Below, piece after piece: positions 57,995 through 64,000 of a stretch of 64,000 nucleotides of DNA. The stretch spans positions 36,338,437 through 36,402,436 of the forward strand of contig NC_092672.1 in NCBI RefSeq assembly GCF_964355755.1, written 5' to 3'. The position numbers were made by a program, and so were the translations under genes. Within the stretch, counting starts at the first letter, position 1, and each line of letters opens with the position of its first letter. The notes below the pieces were generated by a model. That model did not search any database and was not told where the DNA came from. It worked only from the letters and a program-made list of their open reading frames with translations. The stretch comes from Antedon mediterranea. Taxonomy: Eukaryota > Animalia > Echinodermata.

Positions 57995-60900
57995 TCATGA
58001 ATACAACTTAATAAGTTCATCACTAACAGCAGAGGGTGTAAGTACGCCAGGATCAGAGAACAGCAGTGTTATGTTTGCAGGGGGAGTGTAGTCAATCAAT
58101 GGATGTTCCTGAGTTAGATCCGTATTGGATTTCAAAGTCGATGATTTATACTGAAAAAAAAAACCAGTAAAATATATAAGAAATACTAATTGTGAATTAT
58201 TATTGCAGTATTTTCATCATTTATTGAATAGCCATTTATTATTAGCTTTTTGTTCTGTGATGGCAAAAAAAATCAGTTTCCATCGAAACTCATTTAAACA
58301 AACCTTAAATTCATTAGGAACGTCTTGTTGATTTAGCGGAAATAAACGAACAAACTTGAAACTTTCGGCGACTACATAAAACGGTTTGTTTGCAACCTTT
58401 GCGCACGTTGCTATCTGGTAAGAACCGATCTATAAGGATAAAAAAGAGAGATGACATAAAACGGTTTGTTTGCAACCTTTGCGCACGTCCCTATCTGGTA
58501 AGAACCGATCTATAAGGATAAAAAAGAGAGATGACATAAAACGGTTTGTTTGCAACCTTTGCGCACGTCGCTATCTGGTAAGAACCGATCTATAAGGATA
58601 AAAAAGAGAGATGACATAAAATGGTTTGTTCGCCAACTTTCTACACATCTGGTATGAACATCAATATTTTCCTTCAATCTCTTAAATTAAGACTACATTG
58701 TCGAATCTCATATCTAAACGTTTACCTTATTGATGATTCCACCACTTTCTACTACCCCCTCTGCTCCAACTAGCACCATATCAATCTTTTCCATTATGTA
58801 ACTAAAAACAGGAAAACAAATGCACAACATATCCGTGGGTATAATAAAATATAAATTGTATATAATATAATAAAATTTATTTTCCTAATTCTTCTAATCA
58901 GGGTTTGACTTCTAGAAAGATGTTTAAATATTAATATTACACAGTAAAAACAATAAGTTAACAATTTATTGACACAATACCGTTTTTGAACAAATTTGGA
59001 TTGGTAGGATACTGTATAAATGCAAGGAATAGGTATACAGCAAAGAACTTATAACACAAGAATCTCCTGTTCGTCCGAAGCGCGTAACAATTTCGAAAGG
59101 CATTGTGGGATAGAATAGAGCTATGGGTGGAGCCATTGTGAGCCATGGAGTAGGGCGCCCGCATCAAATTAGAAAGTCAAAATCATAGAGGGGTTCTGCT
59201 AATGCTCTAGGGGGTATAGAGTAATTGACTGAGGAGTAGGGCGCCCGCATCAAATTAGAAAGTCAAAATCATAGAGGGGTTCTGCTAATGCTCTAGGGGG
59301 GATAGAGTAATTGACTGAGGAGTAGGGCGCCCGCATCAAATTAGAAAGTCAAAATCATAGAGGGATTCTGCTAATACTCTAGGGGGGTAGAGTAATTGAC
59401 TTCCTAGTTTGGAGGGGGCGCTGCTCCATGCTGTGAAATGGCGTCGCCCAGTTTGACCTTTTAACCCTGTACTTCCGATACTGTGTTTTGAATGCAAATT
59501 GAAGAACAGGAGATTCTTGTGTTATAAGTTCTTTGGTATAGAGTCAACAAAATAAGATATTGTGTGTACTTACCCTGCCGCAGCATCTAATATAACACAA
59601 ACTGGGATGCCTAGAAGTTCTAGTTCTTTAGCCATCTTTTTACTAGAAAAAACGTAGAACACTCTATACTGAAATTCTGTAACACTATTATTTAATTATT
59701 ATTACTCAAATCATTTTTTTTTTATTTCATATGCATTCAACAGTTCATTCAACGAGTAACTTGCCAATTACATGGATAAACTATTTTATAATTTATCATT
59801 TGAGGCTTAGGTAGTTGAAAGAGTTGTGAGTTACAACCCTGGCACTTTGTTAGGATTGAACCCTAGCCCTTGGGATTGGAAGGCAAGCATGTTAACCACT
59901 AAGCTACAGCTCCACTACACTATAAAGTATACACATTATTATTTGGGTCGATTTGAATTCAAAAGGTGGTTTATAAAAATTAAAAAATCATTTTCAAAAG
60001 CAGCCAAACACTGGAGCTCTTCTCAACAACCCAATGACTTTTGATGATACAATTGTATAATTGTCTATGTTTTTTTGTTCTATGATGCTTTGACAGTGTT
60101 AGTAATTTGAGCCTCCAGCCTACAGTTCCTATAGACTGGTTGCTGTCTGCCCCTCGCACCCCCATCCACCCCCAACCCCTTTGCCCCTGTTGCTAAATTT
60201 GTAATAAATATAAAATATTTACCCGGATTGATCAGGATTAGATTCTGTGACGTATACATTGAACCTCTTCTTTGATTCAGCTGCTTCTTCTAATACTTTT
60301 AATACGACACGTGAAAATGAGTGGGTCAGGATACACTGCAAGAAACACACAGTTTTAAACACCTCAATACATACATCAGGGGTGTCAAACTGGGCATAAT
60401 TAGGGGGTGAACTAAAATGTTCTCAATGGATTTGTGTGGTTTAAGAGAGCTATCAAAATTGGTTAAAAACAGCTAGAAATTTAATTTCAGATACGTATCA
60501 ATATGGCTGTGTTTAGACTTCAAACTCTTGGGAATAACTAGACAAACTTTTTGGACAACAAACAATTTACAAACTTACCCAGCAAGGTCATATTTTATGC
60601 ATCTTTTTACACTAGTAAGGTCAAATTGTAAAGTCTGAACGGGCTCTATGTGAACGGGCTCTATGTTCTGTGTGTTTATTTTCTACTGTAGCGGACGTTC
60701 TCATATAAGAAGAGATTTTGGATAGCTATTCAGTATATAAAGAATGTCAATAATACTCACGGATCCATCCCGAATGAACGGATTAAACAGTCTGGCGATC
60801 TTATGCCTTGATTGCGCAACATTCTGTAGATACACATTTCCTCGTTGAACTAAAATTTTCTTGCAATCGTGAAAATCCTTGTAAGGAATAACATATTTAT

Positions 60901-63238
60901 AACACATTAATTAATTAAAAAAAACTGTACTACTAGTTTCATAGTTTTACATATATTTTTTTTTTGCCTCTTGTCACATTGCTTGTATCCTTAGGCAAGA
61001 CATTTTACTTAACTTTGCCTCTCTCTACCCAGGTGTATTAAATGGGTACTGGTTAGATCAAGACACAACTTTGCGCTGATTACTAGCTGCATTATGGGAG
61101 TATGTTTCCATACGTGTTTGATCCAAAAAGTGACCGGGGTAATAACGTGCAGCGCATTGAGAGCTTGCTTATATGCCGTATATTTGAATGAACTATTATT
61201 ATTATTTACAGTATTACATTTACCTGTTGTTCCAAGGATGCAAGCGTGATAAAACGAAGAAAGAGTTCACAGCCAGACTGAACAGCAATGGCTGAGCTGT
61301 CGGTCTGGGTAACTAACCACTTTATACATTCTTTCAACTCTTCACGAAGTCCTTTAAGTGTACCAGCTGAAAAAAAGAGATAAATATATGAATTATTCTG
61401 AAAAATATTACTAATTTTGTTAATTTGTAAATATACCTGAACAATTTCCCTTAGACTGTGGACTTCTAGAGGTCAAGATAGTGATCACTTTAATTCAGAA
61501 TAAAATACAATACAAAACGGAAATCAAACTAAAATAGGATTTTCTCTCATTTAGTAAAGAGATGTGAACGCCGTAACAGATGGTTTGTAGTACACCTAAC
61601 AAGATCATTTTCACTGTTCAAAACTCAATATGCTAAAACCATAGAGGTACTTGTTGACCTTGCGGACATGCTCATAAAAATCTCCTTGTGGCAAACTAAC
61701 AACAATACAGTGCTAGGTAAGCTTAGCAACAAGGAGCTGTTATAGCACACCTCAAGAGATTTAAAGGGGGATTCTGGGTTTAAAATTGCTTTTAAATATC
61801 ATTTATTTATTAAATAAAAAATATTATAACAATATAGACATTTCAGAATGAAGAAGTAATAACGAGAAATTAAAAAAATTAAATTTCATATACATTTTAG
61901 GGTAAATTCATGGAAAGTCTGTTTTTTAGCAGCTTAGGGAAGCTCATTAATATTCATGAGATATTCACAAAATCACGTCACCAGTGGATTCCAAACTCGC
62001 GACGTCATGTACGTTGTGTTTGTCAACTAATTTACATCTCTCTCCCCTGTCAAACGACGACCACCATTGTGATCATTGTGAAATACATAGCCTACTACTA
62101 GACGATTGGCCCATAAATAACAAAACCCATCCTATCAACCAAACTCCTAAACAATCTAAACCTAAAACATTCTACAAAATCGGCTGTAAATATTGAAGCA
62201 AAACCGGGAGCAAAACAAGGTCCGATCGCCGTCCACACGTATGGTGTCCCGATCGTCTAAGTAGGCCTAAAATAAATAGGTTTAGTTTACTCTCCAAAAA
62301 AGCGGATACTCATGCATCAAGCAAGTAGACCAGGTAGTAGGAAGGAGACCTAGCCGATCCGGCCCAGTTAAAAATTGAGCTAGCTAGTGTAGTAGACCCT
62401 ATGCGAATTGATACTACCAGGCCTTTTACTATAGGCTGCACTACACAAATATTCCAACTCTCTCATTCGAGCTATATTATCTATACCATTCCGGTAGGTC
62501 GAGTCGACCTTCAATCAAATACTGTACATCGTTCATGTTGTGATTATAGACGGGGTATACTCGACCCGACCAGTTTGGTATTGTTGTATCTGCTTATCAC
62601 GTGACGATGCCAGGCATGGGCAGCAGAGAGAGCACGTGTATCGTCGTCTCGCTTGATCCTCAGCAGGAATGTACAGTATACGTTACGCTTCATTGATTTT
62701 GATTTTTCCCTAAGTCGGTGCGAAAATCGGCAAACGTAAAGTGCAAACATATCTAATTTTTCACTGTTTTGATGAATTTTCATAAAAAATTGACTTTATA
62801 AATGGGAAGACCGACTAAAATTACATCAGATAAGTATAATTTTACAAAATTAATTGATATGGTTTATGATAACGAGTCGTCGGAAGATGGACCATTTCAC
62901 GAATTTCCTATTTTGTAACCACAGTGTGATTTTGCCGTAGCTGCACTTGTAATCTGGCCTGATTTCACAGCCTTCGTTCTGCTTCACTGGGCGCTTATAT
63001 AAATTGAAACTTTTACCGTTCAAGAGACAAACAAATATATTTTACATTTTTTACTATTCATTTTAAACCCGGAACCCCCTTTAATAGTTGTTACAGCATA
63101 ACATACACCAGTACAAATCAAAATGAAACATCTTACCTTGACTAAGATTAAGATACTCTATAAGAGTTTTGATGGCTGAAACCGCTGGCGAAATTTCAGG
63201 CTCATTTATTTGACACTGCTCAAAGTATTCAACGATAT
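57995..63238 (-). CDS. EIF2B1: Translation initiation factor eIF2B subunit alpha (first short exon not securely located)
   Basis: Exons 63137-63238, 61224-61366 ([12 protein letters not shown]), 60761-60877, 60223-60335 ([10 protein letters not shown]), 59574-59642, 58726-58801 ([17 protein letters not shown]), 58304-58429 (IGSYQIA...[24 protein letters not shown]), 57995-58150 (HPLIDYTPP...[14 protein letters not shown]). A possible phase-1 first exon is 63911-63920 (ATGATGTTTT|gtacgt), or it lies outside the window. Confidence 0.95.
58374..58655. repeat. 80-bp tandem repeat (3 copies plus a diverged partial) spanning an EIF2B1 acceptor
   Basis: ACATAAAA(C/T)GGTTTGTT starts at 58374, 58454, 58534 and 58614. 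Confidence 0.95.
59041..59535. mobile_element. MITE with perfect 32-bp TIR and about 8-bp TSD (P-element- or hAT-like), containing an about 86-88-bp triplicated unit
   Basis: CAAAGAACTTATAACACAAGAATCTCCTGTTC at 59041-59072, inverted at 59504-59535; flanks GTATACAG and GTATAGAG; internal repeat at about 59147-59401. Confidence 0.85.
60975..61205 (+). mobile_element. CORE-like SINE fragment with L2-type tail
   Basis: TCCTTAGGCAAGACATTTTAC...CTCTCTCTACCCAGGTGTATTAAATGGGTAC resembles the CORE domain; tail AGCGCATTGAGAGCTTGCTTATA...(ATT)n also occurs reversed at about 46845-46903. Confidence 0.6.
61765..63080. mobile_element. Second, inverted and internally shorter copy of the Kolobok-like element, in an EIF2B1 intron
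   Basis: TTAA|AGGGGGATTCTGGGTTTAAAAT ... ATTTTAAACCCGGAACCCCCT|TTAA; reverse complement of 35206-36175 joined to about 40147-40466; the near-identical 79-aa ORFs at 35488 (+) and 62544 (-) reflect this. Confidence 0.92.
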
Positions 63239-64000
63239 CTGAACGACAAAATTACATAAACATTTAGAATTTTAGTTTTACAGACATAATAATAATACTT
63301 ATTCGTATACCAATGAAATGAATTACAGGAGTGGGAATAGGCTAAAGCCCAATAGATTCTGCACTCACTCCATACATATTTATTTGGACACCAATGAAAA
63401 ATAATCTGGAGTGAGAATAGGCTAAAGCCTAAATAGATTCTGCACTCACAGTACTCCATAGATTGTATATCTGGCAAATTTCAAATTCATTTTTAAAGAT
63501 CATTTTATACTGATTTAATATACTGTACATGATTTAGTTTTGTTAGTAGTTATCGCTTAAATATCATAAATTCAAATCTACTATCATTGCATTACAATAA
63601 TTACTTTATCGTCCAAAAATTAGAAATAACATTCAATGCACATCATGCCACAAAAAATTACCTTAAATCAGGTGCGGATTTAGGCTAAACAGGCTTTAGC
63701 CCCCTCCCCCCCCCCCAAATAAATTTTAACAGTTATATATTTTTAGAATGATTTTGATTAATGACTATTTTTATTTTTCTGTATGTAACCCGACAGATCA
63801 TTTTTATCATTTATGAAATATTTAGTGCCCTCTAATCCATAATGCTGGATCCGCCCGGTAAATTATTAATGTTATCGTCTTTTAAAAGGGCACACATTAG
63901 AATTACGTACAAAACATCATTCTGTCTTTATCCAGTCGTTTATATCGTGATTGTTTTTGCCTTTGTCTATTCTGTTCTCTTCCTTTTTGTCTTGTCCATT

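Overview
AT-rich, intron-rich animal genomic DNA, not prokaryotic. The syntaxin N-terminus [10 protein letters not shown] and Deu-type SINEs suggest an invertebrate deuterostome, probably an echinoderm (inference). Six genes can be built by hand from GT-AG exons with consistent phases: syntaxin-1/2 (-), Ran (+), BUD23/WBSCR22 (-), DNAJC30 (+), VPS37B/C/D-like (-) and EIF2B1 (-, first exon uncertain). The main finding is a modular 3' end in the syntaxin gene. Three tandem, intact 111-nt paralogous exons encode the C-terminal half of the SNARE helix, and three intact alternative last exons encode different transmembrane anchors, allowing up to 3x3 isoforms. A branch point placed 32 nt from a donor could enforce mutual exclusion. 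Other highlights: the gene block joins neighbours that are split between human 7q11.23 (Williams-Beuren region) and 12q24; Ran intron 2 holds four nested DNA transposons, each with its own TIRs and TSD; and an EIF2B1 splice acceptor is tandemly triplicated. Most short ORFs in the supplied track are noise from repeats or antisense exons.
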